Source: Bacteroidota bacterium (GTDB lineage Bacteria > Bacteroidota > Bacteroidia > Flavobacteriales > Flavobacteriaceae). From it: a stretch of DNA of 64,000 bases. The stretch covers positions 10,128-74,127 of the forward strand of contig JAQCJC010000001.1 of assembly GCA_027593245.1 (NCBI GenBank), written 5' to 3'. The translations under genes and the position numbers were made by a program. Of the stretch, positions 46,827 to 56,726 are shown in pieces (the stretch's first letter is position 1; each line of letters begins with the position of its first letter). The notes beneath the pieces are model-generated. The model did no database searches, was not told where the DNA came from, and saw only the letters and a list, made by a program, of their open reading frames with translations.

Positions 46827-48323
46827 TTAAGACTTTTTCCAGAAAAAGGGTGTGAGTAATATAAGAACCGTAAAAAGTTCCAATCGGCCAATCAACATCA
46901 GAAAAGAACCCCACCATTTGCCCATTAAAGGCATCTGATTAAAGTTCTGTGCTGGACCAAATTCGCCAAGCGCTGGACCAACGTTGCCCAAGCTAGAAGC
47001 AGCTACACCTATTGCAGATTCAAAATCTAACCCTATGAAGGAAAATCCCAGTGCACCTACAATAAAAGAAAGCATGTAGAGCATAAAAAAACCAAGTACA
47101 TTAAAAACAATCTCCCCAGATATAGACTTTGCGTTATATCGAACAGGTAACACCGCATTGGGGTGAAGCGCTCTTTTAAATTCCAAAAATCCATTTCGAA
47201 TAAGCACAAGGTGACGTACAACTTTTACGCCACCAGATGTACTTCCTGAAGATCCCCCAAGAAACATCAAGCCAAAGAAAAAGACAACTAAAAAATGAGG
47301 CCAAATTGTAAAATCGGCACTAACAAACCCTGTTGTAGTTACTATGGCGACCACTTGAAAAAGCCCATGTCTAAAAGCAGCTTCAATAGCTCCAAAAACC
47401 ATGGGATAATCAAACGAAGAAGACTCTGAAAATGCTGAATAATAATAGACCACAAATGCGGAAATTACGCTAAAAAGAATTATAAATTTAGCATAAAGTT
47501 TAAATTCTTCATCTTTGAAAATTTTTGAAAAATTACCCTTAAATCCAAAATAACTGAGAACGAAATTTGTCCCAGCCAGAAACATAAAAAATACAACAAT
47601 ATATTGTATCATTGGCGAATCGTTCCAATGAGCTAAACTGTCATTTTTTGTTGAAAATCCACCTGTTGAAAGCGTACTCATAGAATGATTTAGCGCATCA
47701 AAAAAGGACATTCCTGCAAGCTTCAAAAATAGCGTTTCTGCAGCAGTGTAACCGACATAGATAAGCCATAACCGCTTTGCCGTATCTGTGATTCTAGGGT
47801 GGAGTTTATCTGTACTCGGGCCAGGGGCTTCAGCAGCAAACAATTGCATACCACCAATGCCTAATAATGGTAAGATAGCAATCGCCAAAACAATAATACC
47901 CATACCCCCTATCCAATGGGTCAGACTTCGCCAAAACAGAACCCCTTTTGGAAGTACTTCAATATCGGTGAGTATACTTGCACCAGTAGTTGTATAGCCT
48001 GAAATAGTCTCAAAAAAAGCATTTGTGAAATTCGTAATAGAGCCTGTCAAAATATAAGGCAACGTACCGGAAAGAGCCATTACTACCCAACCAAAAGCAA
48101 CTACTATATACCCTTGTCTTTTGGTCATTTCCTTAGAATGGTTTTTAGTGAAAATCATAGCTAAAAATCCAATTACTAAAACAGATAATCCGGAGAGCAC
48201 TAATTGATTTGTAGCTCCATCGCTGTAGATAAAACTCAACAATGCCGCCAATAGCATAAACCCGCCATTAAACAGCAATAAGAGCCCAAAAAAATGAATT
48301 ATAATTTTATTGTTTTGTTTCAT
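46827..48323 (-). CDS. trkH: TrkH-family potassium uptake protein
   Basis: 498 aa, polytopic, with repeated pore-loop motifs (TTTGAS, STGGFS, TTTGF, SSGSTSGG). Confidence 0.9.
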   Translation of the reverse strand: MKQNNKIIIHFFGLLLLFNGGFMLLAALLSFIYSDGATNQLVLSGLSVLVIGFLAMIFTKNHSKEMTKRQGYIVVAFGWVVMALSGTLPYILTGSITNFTNAFFETISGYTTTGASILTDIEVLPKGVLFWRSLTHWIGGMGIIVLAIAILPLLGIGGMQLFAAEAPGPSTDKLHPRITDTAKRLWLIYVGYTAAETLFLKLAGMSFFDALNHSMSTLSTGGFSTKNDSLAHWNDSPMIQYIVVFFMFLAGTNFVLSYFGFKGNFSKIFKDEEFKLYAKFIILFSVISAFVVYYYSAFSESSSFDYPMVFGAIEAAFRHGLFQVVAIVTTTGFVSADFTIWPHFLVVFFFGLMFLGGSSGSTSGGVKVVRHLVLIRNGFLEFKRALHPNAVLPVRYNAKSISGEIVFNVLGFFMLYMLSFIVGALGFSFIGLDFESAIGVAASSLGNVGPALGEFGPAQNFNQMPLMGKWWGSFLMLIGRLELFTVLILLTPFFWKKS

Positions 48324-48331
48324 TAGAATGC

Positions 48332-49684
48332 TTAGAAGAAAAGATGCTCTACCTTGCTAATTGCCTCAGGCAGACAACAGACTACAACACGGTCTCCAGG
48401 TTCAATTTTAAAATCTCCTAAAGCAATGATTCCTGATTCATTCCTTATTACCCCGCCAATGATTGCTGCTCTAGGAAAATCAACCTCTTTGATAAATTGA
48501 TAACATATTTTTGATGTTGGCTTCACAACGAACTCCAATAATTCGGCTTCCATATTTGTAAGCTTAGTCATTGCTACTACTTCACCTTTTCGTACATATC
48601 TAAAAATACTGTTGGCTGCAAGCAATTTTTTATTGATTAGAGTATCTACTCCAATGGAATGCGAAAGAGCAAAATAGTCCATATTTTCGACCAAAGCTAT
48701 GGTCTTTTTAACTCCTTTTGATTTCGCTACTAAACAAGACATAATATTAGTCTCTGAATTTCCAGTAACTGAAATAAAGGCATCCATTGCATTAATATTT
48801 TCTTCCTCTAAGAGTTCAACGTTTCTTCCATCTCCATTGATTATGAGTGCATTACTGAGTTGATCAGCCAGCTCAAGGGCACGTTCTTTAGATTTTTCAA
48901 CAATTTTTATATTGAAATCCGTTTTTGAGAGTTCTTTGGCGGTAATAGCACCAATTTGCCCACCTCCCAAAATCATGATATCTTTAATTTGAGTTTTTCG
49001 TTTACCTGTGAGTTTACATAATTCCTCGTCTCCTCCTTCAGATGTAATAAAAACAACACGATCTCCTTCCTTAAACACAGTATCTCCTCTTGGTATAAGC
49101 GTGAGATGAGAACCATGTCTTTGGATTGCTATGGGGATAAAATGAATATCCGAAAGTAATTGAGCCGCTACTTTCACTTGTTTATCAATGATTTTTGCAT
49201 CCGCAGAAAGGGTTAAGCCCAACATTGTAAGGGCTCCATCTTCAAAGGCATATGTGTCATTAAAAACAGATTGATTGAGAAGCAATTCTATTTCTGAAGA
49301 AGCCAAAGATTCAGGCGAAATAAGCTCATCAATACCTAAAGTCTCAAAACCAACTTCGTCTTTATGCTCAATGAACTCGGTATTGGAAATCCGGGCAATA
49401 GTGCGCTTGGCGCCTAATTGTTTGGCCAACACACAGGAGGTGATATTTGCTGTTTGAGATGAGGTTACTGAAACAAATAAATCTGCATTTGCTATATTCG
49501 ATTCTTTCAATACAGATACTGAAGTGATATCGCCTTTAACAACTTTTATATCCAAATGTGTTTCTGCATAGGCTAGCCGTTCTTTGTCCAAATCAATAAG
49601 TATGATTTCCTGAGATTCGTAGGACAAAAGCTTTGCCAAGTGAAATCCGACTTCTCCAGCGCCGGCAATAATAATTTTCATCAA
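48332..49684 (-). CDS. trkA: Trk system potassium uptake protein TrkA
   Basis: 450 aa. Two RCK/Rossmann repeats (IIIAGAGEVGFHLA and IMILGGGQIGAITA). The start is ATG 49684 or 49681. Confidence 0.9.
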   Translation of the reverse strand: MMKIIIAGAGEVGFHLAKLLSYESQEIILIDLDKERLAYAETHLDIKVVKGDITSVSVLKESNIANADLFVSVTSSQTANITSCVLAKQLGAKRTIARISNTEFIEHKDEVGFETLGIDELISPESLASSEIELLLNQSVFNDTYAFEDGALTMLGLTLSADAKIIDKQVKVAAQLLSDIHFIPIAIQRHGSHLTLIPRGDTVFKEGDRVVFITSEGGDEELCKLTGKRKTQIKDIMILGGGQIGAITAKELSKTDFNIKIVEKSKERALELADQLSNALIINGDGRNVELLEEENINAMDAFISVTGNSETNIMSCLVAKSKGVKKTIALVENMDYFALSHSIGVDTLINKKLLAANSIFRYVRKGEVVAMTKLTNMEAELLEFVVKPTSKICYQFIKEVDFPRAAIIGGVIRNESGIIALGDFKIEPGDRVVVCCLPEAISKVEHLFF

Positions 49685-49704
49685 TTATCAGTTAAAGAGA
49701 TGTG

Positions 49705-49712
49705 CAAATATA
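49705..49712 (-). promoter_or_regulatory. -7 promoter box (TATATTTG) for trkAH
   Basis: Exact TAnnTTTG on the minus strand, 20 nt upstream of ATG 49684. Confidence 0.45.
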
Positions 49713-49786
49713 CGTTATTTTTAGGGATTTGTCTGCGAATTGTATTTCTTTGCACTGCAAAAATATTTCAATTTCAATTTGACTAT

Positions 49787-50518
49787 ATGTCCAAAAAGAT
49801 AACGCCCTACAAAGACAGTTCACTCTCCAAAAAGGAACAAATTGCTAAAATGTTTGATACTATTTCAAACGAGTATGATGGTTTGAATCGTGTTATATCA
49901 TTTGGAATAGATATAAAATGGCGTAAAAAAGTCGTTAAAATCGTAGCTAATAAAAATCCCGAATCCGTTCTGGATATTGCCACCGGAACAGGAGATTTGG
50001 CCATTAATTTAACCCAAACCAATGCCAAAAAAATAATTGGCTTGGACATCAGTGAAGGGATGTTGGAAGTTGGGCGTAAAAAAATAAATGCAAAAAAATT
50101 AAACGATACTATTGATATGGTTGTGGGAGATTCGGAAAATTTACCTTTCGATGACAATAGCTTTGATGCTATAACCGTAGCCTTTGGGGTTCGTAATTTT
50201 GAGCACTTGGAGGTTGGTCTATCAGAAATATTAAGGGTACTAAAACCCAATGGAGTATTTGTGGTTCTGGAAACTTCAGTACCCACAAAATTTCCATTTA
50301 GACAAGTCTACTTTTTATACACAAAAATCTTACTCCCCATCATTGGAAAATTGTTCTCTAAAGACAAAGATGCTTACAGTTATTTAAGTTCATCTGCGGC
50401 AAAATTTCCCTATGGCAAAGCCTTCAACAATATTTTGACAAAAACAGGGTTTATATCAACACAATCCTTTGCTCAAACATTTGGCGTGGCAACAATTTAT
50501 ACTGCATCGAAACAATGA
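49787..50518 (+). CDS. ubiE: demethylmenaquinone/ubiquinone methyltransferase
   Basis: 243 aa from ATG 49787. MFDTISNEYDGLNRVISFGID.KWR and SAM motif VLDIATGTGDLA. The longer ORF (49640) overlaps trkA and was rejected. Confidence 0.9.
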   Translation: MSKKITPYKDSSLSKKEQIAKMFDTISNEYDGLNRVISFGIDIKWRKKVVKIVANKNPESVLDIATGTGDLAINLTQTNAKKIIGLDISEGMLEVGRKKINAKKLNDTIDMVVGDSENLPFDDNSFDAITVAFGVRNFEHLEVGLSEILRVLKPNGVFVVLETSVPTKFPFRQVYFLYTKILLPIIGKLFSKDKDAYSYLSSSAAKFPYGKAFNNILTKTGFISTQSFAQTFGVATIYTASKQ

Positions 50519-51234
50519 GAACAAAAATTCTAATTAGTTTTCTTTTTTTTAGCATATCAATATTTGAGAGTGAAGCACAGCTCTTTACAAAAGAACGCTT
50601 GTTGAATAATGAAAATTTTGACAAAGCTCCACTATCTTACGGATATTATTTAGGTTTTAATAGTTATGATTTTAATATCGACTACAAAACTAATGTTAAA
50701 GATATACAGGTCTTAAAAGCTGTAGGTTTTAATGTTGGGCTGATTGGTAATGTTAGAATCAACGATTATTTCGATATTCGTTTGGAACCAGGACTCGTGA
50801 TGTCAAACAGGACCTTAAGCTACAGCAACACTTACTTTGATGGTCTTGCTTATGAGGAAAAAGACCTAGAACGTGAAATACGATCTACTTACATTCACAT
50901 TCCACTACTAGTTAAAATTTCAACAAAGCGAATCAACAACATCAAACCATTTATTGTTGGTGGAATATCTACTGCACTAAACCTGTCCAGCAATCAAGAC
51001 AATCCGGATGATAACAGCAATGGTAATTTTAGAATGACAAAAAATAATTTATTCTACGAATTAGGAATTGGAATAGATTTTTATCTTACTTGGTTTAAAT
51101 TTACCCCATCGCTGAGAGGGGTGTTTTCGTTAAAGGATGAACATGTTCCGGATTTTGATACCGACAGCCCTTGGACCAGCAACATCGATCAAATGCAAAC
51201 CCGTGGCCTTTTTATAAATTTCACGTTTCAGTAA
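50515..51234 (+). CDS. porT: PorT-family outer-membrane protein (T9SS/gliding associated)
   Basis: 239 aa. Signal peptide and a beta-barrel-like sequence ending NFTFQ. It sits in the conserved position after ubiE, with an ATGA overlap. Confidence 0.68.
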   Translation: MRTKILISFLFFSISIFESEAQLFTKERLLNNENFDKAPLSYGYYLGFNSYDFNIDYKTNVKDIQVLKAVGFNVGLIGNVRINDYFDIRLEPGLVMSNRTLSYSNTYFDGLAYEEKDLEREIRSTYIHIPLLVKISTKRINNIKPFIVGGISTALNLSSNQDNPDDNSNGNFRMTKNNLFYELGIGIDFYLTWFKFTPSLRGVFSLKDEHVPDFDTDSPWTSNIDQMQTRGLFINFTFQ

Positions 51235-51952
51235 AACGTCTTCTATATTCACTTAAAAAAACGGACACAGCATTGGCAACATTAAGACTTTCTGTTTTTT
51301 TGAAAGCACCAAACCTAGGAATAGAAAGTTTTTTCGTAAGCAAGGAAGATATATTCTCCGAAATGCCGTTGGCTTCATTTCCAAACACCAATATACCTGA
51401 GTTCGGAAGATTTGAAGCATAAACAGAAGTTCCTTCCATATAAGTTCCCATGGCATTATCGGCAGATTTAAGAAGAGGCGCCAAAGCAGTGTAATTAATA
51501 TTTACTCTAGTGTGTGAACCCATTGCTGCTTGGATAACTTTTGAGTTATAACAATCAACAGTAGCTGGACTACATACCAAATCGCGTATACCAAACCAAT
51601 CGCAAAGTCGAATAATTGTTCCTAAATTTCCAGGATTATTTAAATCATCAAGAGCTAAGATCAAAGCAGAATCGTCAATAGGTTTGGGTTTGGGTATGCG
51701 AAAAATAGCTAAAACTTTATTGGGTGTTTTTAGGCTACTTATCTTCGAAAGCTCTTGAGTACTGACATGAACAAAAGCATTGGAATACTGCGCAAAAAAC
51801 GAATCAGTTGAAAAAATCTCAATAGGTTCATATTGGGCATCTAAAAACTCTTGGGTAACCTTAACTCCTTCAGACACAAACATTTGCTCTTGAGAACGCT
51901 GCTTTTTTTTACTTAAACTAAGTATTCGCTTTGTTTGGTTTTTAGTTAACAT
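51221..51952 (-). CDS. TrmH/SpoU-family RNA 2'-O-methyltransferase
   Basis: 243 aa. SPOUT motifs NPGNLGTIIR, LVFGNEANGIS and ESLNVANAVSV. Confidence 0.85.
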   Translation of the reverse strand: MLTKNQTKRILSLSKKKQRSQEQMFVSEGVKVTQEFLDAQYEPIEIFSTDSFFAQYSNAFVHVSTQELSKISSLKTPNKVLAIFRIPKPKPIDDSALILALDDLNNPGNLGTIIRLCDWFGIRDLVCSPATVDCYNSKVIQAAMGSHTRVNINYTALAPLLKSADNAMGTYMEGTSVYASNLPNSGILVFGNEANGISENISSLLTKKLSIPRFGAFKKTESLNVANAVSVFLSEYRRRFTET

Positions 51953-51962
51953 CTAAAAAATG

Positions 51963-51970
51963 TACATTTG
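51963..51970 (+). promoter_or_regulatory. -7 promoter box (TACATTTG)
   Basis: Exact TAnnTTTG, 43 nt upstream of the TTG start at 52014. Confidence 0.4.
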
Positions 51971-52013
51971 ATTTAAATTTATTTAGACCATAAATCTAAA
52001 TTTTATTTATGTC

Positions 52014-54572
52014 TTGTTGAAGGATTCGCTAAAAAAAATATTTTTTATTTATTCAGTTGCTTACATCTGCACCGCTTGCGACGCCGTCAAAAGAGTTGGA
52101 AGCGAGGACCGTTTGTTAGTGAAAAACTCCTTCACAGTCAATGGAAAAAACAAAAAATCTGAAACACTATCCAAACTTTCATTTCAACAAGTTAATAGTA
52201 CAATACTAGGAATTCCTGTTCGACTTCACATATACAATCTGGCACGCCCCAATAAAGATTCCATATTTGAAAAATGGCTGAATAAACACCCCAAACGAAA
52301 GCAACGCCTAATTAATAAATTTTCTAAAAAACAGCTTGATCAACTCAAAAAATCATCTTTGGGCTTCAACAGTTGGTTGAAAAACACTGGTGAAGTACCA
52401 AGTATTTTAGATAGTCTAAAAGTCAAAAAAACAAAACTTAATCTCGAACGTTATTATTTTTCAAAAGGTTGGTTCGATAGAAAAATTGAATATGAAATCA
52501 ACACTTTAGGCAACAAACGAGCAACATTAGCTTATAAAATTGAAACAGGAACAGCTTACAATATTGGAGCTATTAAAACTAATATAGAAACGCCAGTTTT
52601 AGAATTATTGTTCGAGAAAAGTAAAGAAAATTCATTTATCAAAAAAGGGAAACAATTTGATATATCAGATTTTGAAAATGAACGAAACCGATTAACAACA
52701 CACTTTAGAAACTCTGGAGTTTATCACTTTTCACAAGACTATATAAGTTTTAAAAACGATACGATCGGAACCAAACATAATGTAGACCTTGAAATCAATA
52801 TTCCTAATAGAATATTGAGAACCCAAGACAGTACGGTTCAAAAACCCTTTAAAACATACCGCATCAAAGAGGTGAATATTTTTACAGATGCATCTTTCAA
52901 AAATAGGAATGAGTCTGAGCCTAAAAAAACCGCAACTTACGATGGCTTTAGTTTTTATAATTATGGCGCATTAAAATACAAACCAAAAGCCATAACAAAT
53001 GCTGTTTTAATAAATAAAGGGGACTTATATAGTGATTTGGATAGGAAGCGAACTTATGGATATTTAAGTCAGTTAAACTCGTTTAAATACCCCAATATTG
53101 AATACATCGAAAATAACATTGATTCAACATTAACCGCAAACATTTACCTCAACCCAAGAAAAAAATATGGCTTGGGATTTGACTTTGACATTTCTCAAAG
53201 TAATATTCAAAAAATTGGATTTTCGTTCAGTTCTGGGGTTATGATACGAAATATGTTCAGAGGTGCTGAAACCTTAGAAATCTCTGCTTTGGGGGCTATT
53301 GGGGCCTCAAAAGACGGAGCTAAATCTGAAGATCAGTTTTTTGATATTAATGAGCTTGGCGCAGATATAAAACTTAATATTCCTAGACTATTTTTCCCAT
53401 TCAGTACTGAGAAAATCATTCCAAAATATATGTCCCCAACATCACAGCTAAGCATGGGTTTCACTAGTCAAAAAAATATAGGTTTAGATAAACGTACACT
53501 AAACGGGCGATTGAGCTACAATTGGAATCCCAAACAAAGCAAGACAAACAGCCTAGATCTAATTAATTTACAATATGTTAGAAATCTTAACCCTGGAAAT
53601 TACTTTAGTGTATACCAAAACTCTTTCAATAGACTTGAAAATATTGCATTAAACAGCTACCCAACTCCAAATGAATATTTAGTTTCAAATCCAGATGGAT
53701 CAAATGAATTAGACTTATCAAGAGCTGATGATTTCATAGGGCTTGTAAATTCAGATGCAACTTTCCAAAACACAAATCCTAATGATTTTCGAAGTGTAAG
53801 GAACATCAAGGAACGTAAAAATAGATTAACCCAAAACAACCTTATCCTTGCAAGTAATTTCAGCCTAATAAATGATAATAGAGAAAATAATTACGATACA
53901 GATTTTTCAATCTTTCGTTTTAAGCTCGAGCTGGCTGGAAATATTCTAAACGGAGCAGCAGATTTATTGAATTTGAAAAAAAATGACAATGGGGAGTTCG
54001 AAATAAATAATGTGGCTTTTTCCCAATATGCCAAAACAGAAATCGATTACATCAAGCTCTGGGATTTCGGCCGAAGTAATGTTCTTGCGCTTAGAACTTT
54101 TTTAGGTATAGCTGTTCCGCTTGGAAACTCAAATAACATTCCTTTTTCCAAGAGTTTTTTCGCTGGAGGATCAAATGACAACCGCGCGTGGACAGCCTAC
54201 AACCTAGGACCAGGTCGTTCGGATAATAATAATGAATTCAACGAAGCGAATATGAAAATTGCATTTAGTCTTGAACACAGGTATAATTTATTTGGTCAAC
54301 TCGATGGTGCTTTTTTTGTAGATGCAGGAAATATATGGAATGTTCTTGACGAAGTTGAAGATCCCAAAGCAACTTTTGACAGTTTCAAATCATTAAAGGA
54401 TATTGCTTTAGGTGCCGGAATTGGACTTCGATATGATTTTGATTTTTTTATTCTACGCCTTGATACAGGATTCAAAACATACAACCCCGCCCTTGCCAAA
54501 GATCAACGTTGGCTACGTGATTTTAATTTCAGCAACGCAGTGTACAACATTGGAATCAATTATCCATTTTAG
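52014..54572 (+). CDS. Omp85-family outer-membrane protein, TamL-like (lipidated BamA/TamA homologue)
   Basis: 852 aa. TTG start, lipobox-like N-terminus (AYICTAC), a long POTRA-like region and a C-terminal D15 barrel (VDAGNIW, GAGIGLRYD, NIGINYPF). Confidence 0.72.
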   Translation: MLKDSLKKIFFIYSVAYICTACDAVKRVGSEDRLLVKNSFTVNGKNKKSETLSKLSFQQVNSTILGIPVRLHIYNLARPNKDSIFEKWLNKHPKRKQRLINKFSKKQLDQLKKSSLGFNSWLKNTGEVPSILDSLKVKKTKLNLERYYFSKGWFDRKIEYEINTLGNKRATLAYKIETGTAYNIGAIKTNIETPVLELLFEKSKENSFIKKGKQFDISDFENERNRLTTHFRNSGVYHFSQDYISFKNDTIGTKHNVDLEINIPNRILRTQDSTVQKPFKTYRIKEVNIFTDASFKNRNESEPKKTATYDGFSFYNYGALKYKPKAITNAVLINKGDLYSDLDRKRTYGYLSQLNSFKYPNIEYIENNIDSTLTANIYLNPRKKYGLGFDFDISQSNIQKIGFSFSSGVMIRNMFRGAETLEISALGAIGASKDGAKSEDQFFDINELGADIKLNIPRLFFPFSTEKIIPKYMSPTSQLSMGFTSQKNIGLDKRTLNGRLSYNWNPKQSKTNSLDLINLQYVRNLNPGNYFSVYQNSFNRLENIALNSYPTPNEYLVSNPDGSNELDLSRADDFIGLVNSDATFQNTNPNDFRSVRNIKERKNRLTQNNLILASNFSLINDNRENNYDTDFSIFRFKLELAGNILNGAADLLNLKKNDNGEFEINNVAFSQYAKTEIDYIKLWDFGRSNVLALRTFLGIAVPLGNSNNIPFSKSFFAGGSNDNRAWTAYNLGPGRSDNNNEFNEANMKIAFSLEHRYNLFGQLDGAFFVDAGNIWNVLDEVEDPKATFDSFKSLKDIALGAGIGLRYDFDFFILRLDTGFKTYNPALAKDQRWLRDFNFSNAVYNIGINYPF

Positions 54573-54652
54573 AATACACTCACCTCAAACGTTTTCGTAT
54601 AAATTTAACGACATGTCGTGTTAAAATTTTAACATTAAGGGATTTATTTTAG

Positions 54653-54660
54653 TACTTTTG
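54653..54660 (+). promoter_or_regulatory. -7 promoter box (TACTTTTG) for fbaA
   Basis: Exact TAnnTTTG, 23 nt upstream of ATG 54684. Confidence 0.5.
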
Positions 54661-54683
54661 ACGCAAATTTAAAACCATCACAA

Positions 54684-55751
54684 ATGAGTCATTCAATACA
54701 ACCTGGTGTAGCCACAGGACGCGAAGTTCAAAAGATTTTCAAACTTGCAAAAGAAAAAGGATTTGCACTCCCCGCTGTTAATGTAATCGGATCAAATACG
54801 ATCAATAGTGTTCTTGAAACTGCAAAAGCACTTAATGCGCCTGTCATCATTCAGTTTTCAAATGGTGGTGGTCAATTCAATGCTGGAAAAGGCCTTTCCA
54901 ACGACAATCAAAAAGCTGCTATTGCAGGCTCAATTGCTGGCGCTAAACACGTTCATGAAATGGCAGAAGCTTATGGCGTTCCTGTAATACTTCATACCGA
55001 CCACTGTGCAAAGAAATTGTTGCCATGGATCGATGGTTTATTAGACGCTTCTGAAAAACATTTTGAAGAAACAGGAAAATCTCTTTACAGCTCACACATG
55101 ATTGATCTTTCGGAAGAGCCACTTGAAGAAAATATTGAAATCTGTAAAGAATATTTAAAAAGAATGTCTAAAATGGGAATGACATTAGAGATTGAATTAG
55201 GCATAACAGGTGGCGAAGAGGATGGTGTTGACAATAGCGATGTAGACGCTTCAAAATTGTACACGCAGCCTGAAGAGGTGGCTTATGCTTATGAAGAATT
55301 GAGTAAAGTAAGCGACCAGTTTACCATCGCGGCGGCATTTGGAAATGTTCATGGGGTATACAAACCAGGGAACGTGAAGCTAACACCAAAAATTCTTAAG
55401 AACTCCCAAGAATATATTACTGAAAAATATGGCGTTTCTGAAAACCATATTGATTTTGTATTCCATGGCGGATCTGGCTCAACTGTTGAAGAAATTCGTG
55501 AAGCAATTGGATATGGTGTAATTAAAATGAATATTGATACCGATCTTCAATATGCATTCATGACAGGAGTTCGTGATGATTTTAAGAAAAATCAAGATTA
55601 TTTGGCCGCACAAATTGGAAATCCAGAAGGCGAAGATGTACCAAATAAAAAATACTACGACCCGAGACGCTGGTTAAGACAAGGAGAGCAAACATTTGTT
55701 GCGCGTCTAAAAAAGGCCTTCGAGGATTTGAACAATGTAGATACATTGTAA
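54684..55751 (+). CDS. fbaA: class II fructose-bisphosphate aldolase
   Basis: 355 aa. HTDHC, FGNVHGVYKPG and HGGSGS motifs. Confidence 0.95.
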   Translation: MSHSIQPGVATGREVQKIFKLAKEKGFALPAVNVIGSNTINSVLETAKALNAPVIIQFSNGGGQFNAGKGLSNDNQKAAIAGSIAGAKHVHEMAEAYGVPVILHTDHCAKKLLPWIDGLLDASEKHFEETGKSLYSSHMIDLSEEPLEENIEICKEYLKRMSKMGMTLEIELGITGGEEDGVDNSDVDASKLYTQPEEVAYAYEELSKVSDQFTIAAAFGNVHGVYKPGNVKLTPKILKNSQEYITEKYGVSENHIDFVFHGGSGSTVEEIREAIGYGVIKMNIDTDLQYAFMTGVRDDFKKNQDYLAAQIGNPEGEDVPNKKYYDPRRWLRQGEQTFVARLKKAFEDLNNVDTL

Positions 55752-55762
55752 AAAAATATCAT

Positions 55763-55770
55763 TAAATTTG
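55763..55770 (+). promoter_or_regulatory. -7 promoter box (TAAATTTG) for accD
   Basis: Exact TAnnTTTG, 28 nt upstream of ATG 55799. Confidence 0.45.
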
Positions 55771-55798
55771 TTTTTCATTCTAAATCAATCAGAACAAA

Positions 55799-56656
55799 AT
55801 GGCGTGGTTTAAAAGAACAGACAAAGGAATTCAGACTCCTACAGAAGCGAAGCGTGACACCCCAAAAGGCTTGTGGTACAAATCGCCAACTGGAAAAATC
55901 ATTGAAACAGAAGAATTAGAACGTAATTTCTTTGTCAGCCCAGAAGACGGATACCACGTACGCATAGGAAGTAATGAATATTTTAATCTTTTATTTGATG
56001 ACAACAAATTTAAAGAGCTTGATAAGAAAGTAACTTCCAAAGATCCTCTAAAATTTACTGACAAAAAAAAATATATTGACCGCCTAAAAGCTGCACAGGA
56101 AAAAACAAAACTCAATGATGCTGTACGAACAGCTGTTGGGAAGTCCAAAGGCAAAGACTTAGTCGTGGCATGTATGGATTTTAGTTTTATTGGTGGTTCA
56201 ATGGGTAGTGTTGTAGGAGAAAAAATTGCTCGTGCAGCAGATTATTCGCTAAAGAAAAATCTCCCTTTCATGATCATTTCAAAATCAGGGGGAGCACGAA
56301 TGATGGAAGCCGCGCTGTCGTTGATGCAATTAGCGAAAACCTCAGCAAAATTAGCACAATTGGCCGATGCAGGTATTCCTTACATTTCATTGTGTACCGA
56401 TCCCACAACGGGAGGCACAACAGCATCTTTTGCAATGCTAGGTGATATCAACATCAGTGAACCTGGAGCACTAATAGGCTTTGCAGGGCCACGTGTAGTG
56501 CGCGATACTACTGGTAAAGAATTGCCAGAAGGGTTTCAAACTGCTGAATTTGTCTTAGAACACGGGTTTTTAGATTTTATTACACACCGTGAATATTTAA
56601 AAGATAAAGTCAATCAATACATCGATTTGATTTTAAACCAACCGATCAGAGCATAA
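55799..56656 (+). CDS. accD: acetyl-CoA carboxylase carboxyltransferase subunit beta (Cys-free N-terminal ribbon)
   Basis: 285 aa. [35 protein letters not shown] and GFAGPRV are colinear with E. coli AccD. The N-terminal zinc-finger cysteines are absent. Confidence 0.93.
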   Translation: MAWFKRTDKGIQTPTEAKRDTPKGLWYKSPTGKIIETEELERNFFVSPEDGYHVRIGSNEYFNLLFDDNKFKELDKKVTSKDPLKFTDKKKYIDRLKAAQEKTKLNDAVRTAVGKSKGKDLVVACMDFSFIGGSMGSVVGEKIARAADYSLKKNLPFMIISKSGGARMMEAALSLMQLAKTSAKLAQLADAGIPYISLCTDPTTGGTTASFAMLGDINISEPGALIGFAGPRVVRDTTGKELPEGFQTAEFVLEHGFLDFITHREYLKDKVNQYIDLILNQPIRA

Positions 56657-56692
56657 TTTCTTTAAAATTATGTTTATATCACACGATTTTCA

Positions 56693-56700
56693 TATATTTG
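56693..56700 (+). promoter_or_regulatory. -7 promoter box (TATATTTG) for rpsO
   Basis: Exact TAnnTTTG, 57 nt upstream of ATG 56758. Confidence 0.5.
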
Positions 56701-56705
56701 CCGCC

Positions 56706-56726
56706 TGATTATGATAGCCATAATCA
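56706..56726 (+). promoter_or_regulatory. 5'-leader hairpin of rpsO
   Basis: 8-bp perfect stem TGATTATG / CATAATCA with the 5-nt loop ATAGC. It starts about 6 nt after the -7 box. Confidence 0.4.

Noticed and set aside
49640-49786. 49-codon 5' extension of the ubiE ORF (and similar extensions at 31878-31913 for nqrF, 36719-36793, 41515-41541 and 30505-30531)
   Set aside because: The extensions overlap neighbouring genes, promoter boxes or a terminator hairpin. The internal ATGs give canonical N-termini or signal peptides.
49807-50286. 159-aa ORF antisense to ubiE
   Set aside because: It sits inside a well-supported methyltransferase gene and has no motif, signal or promoter evidence.
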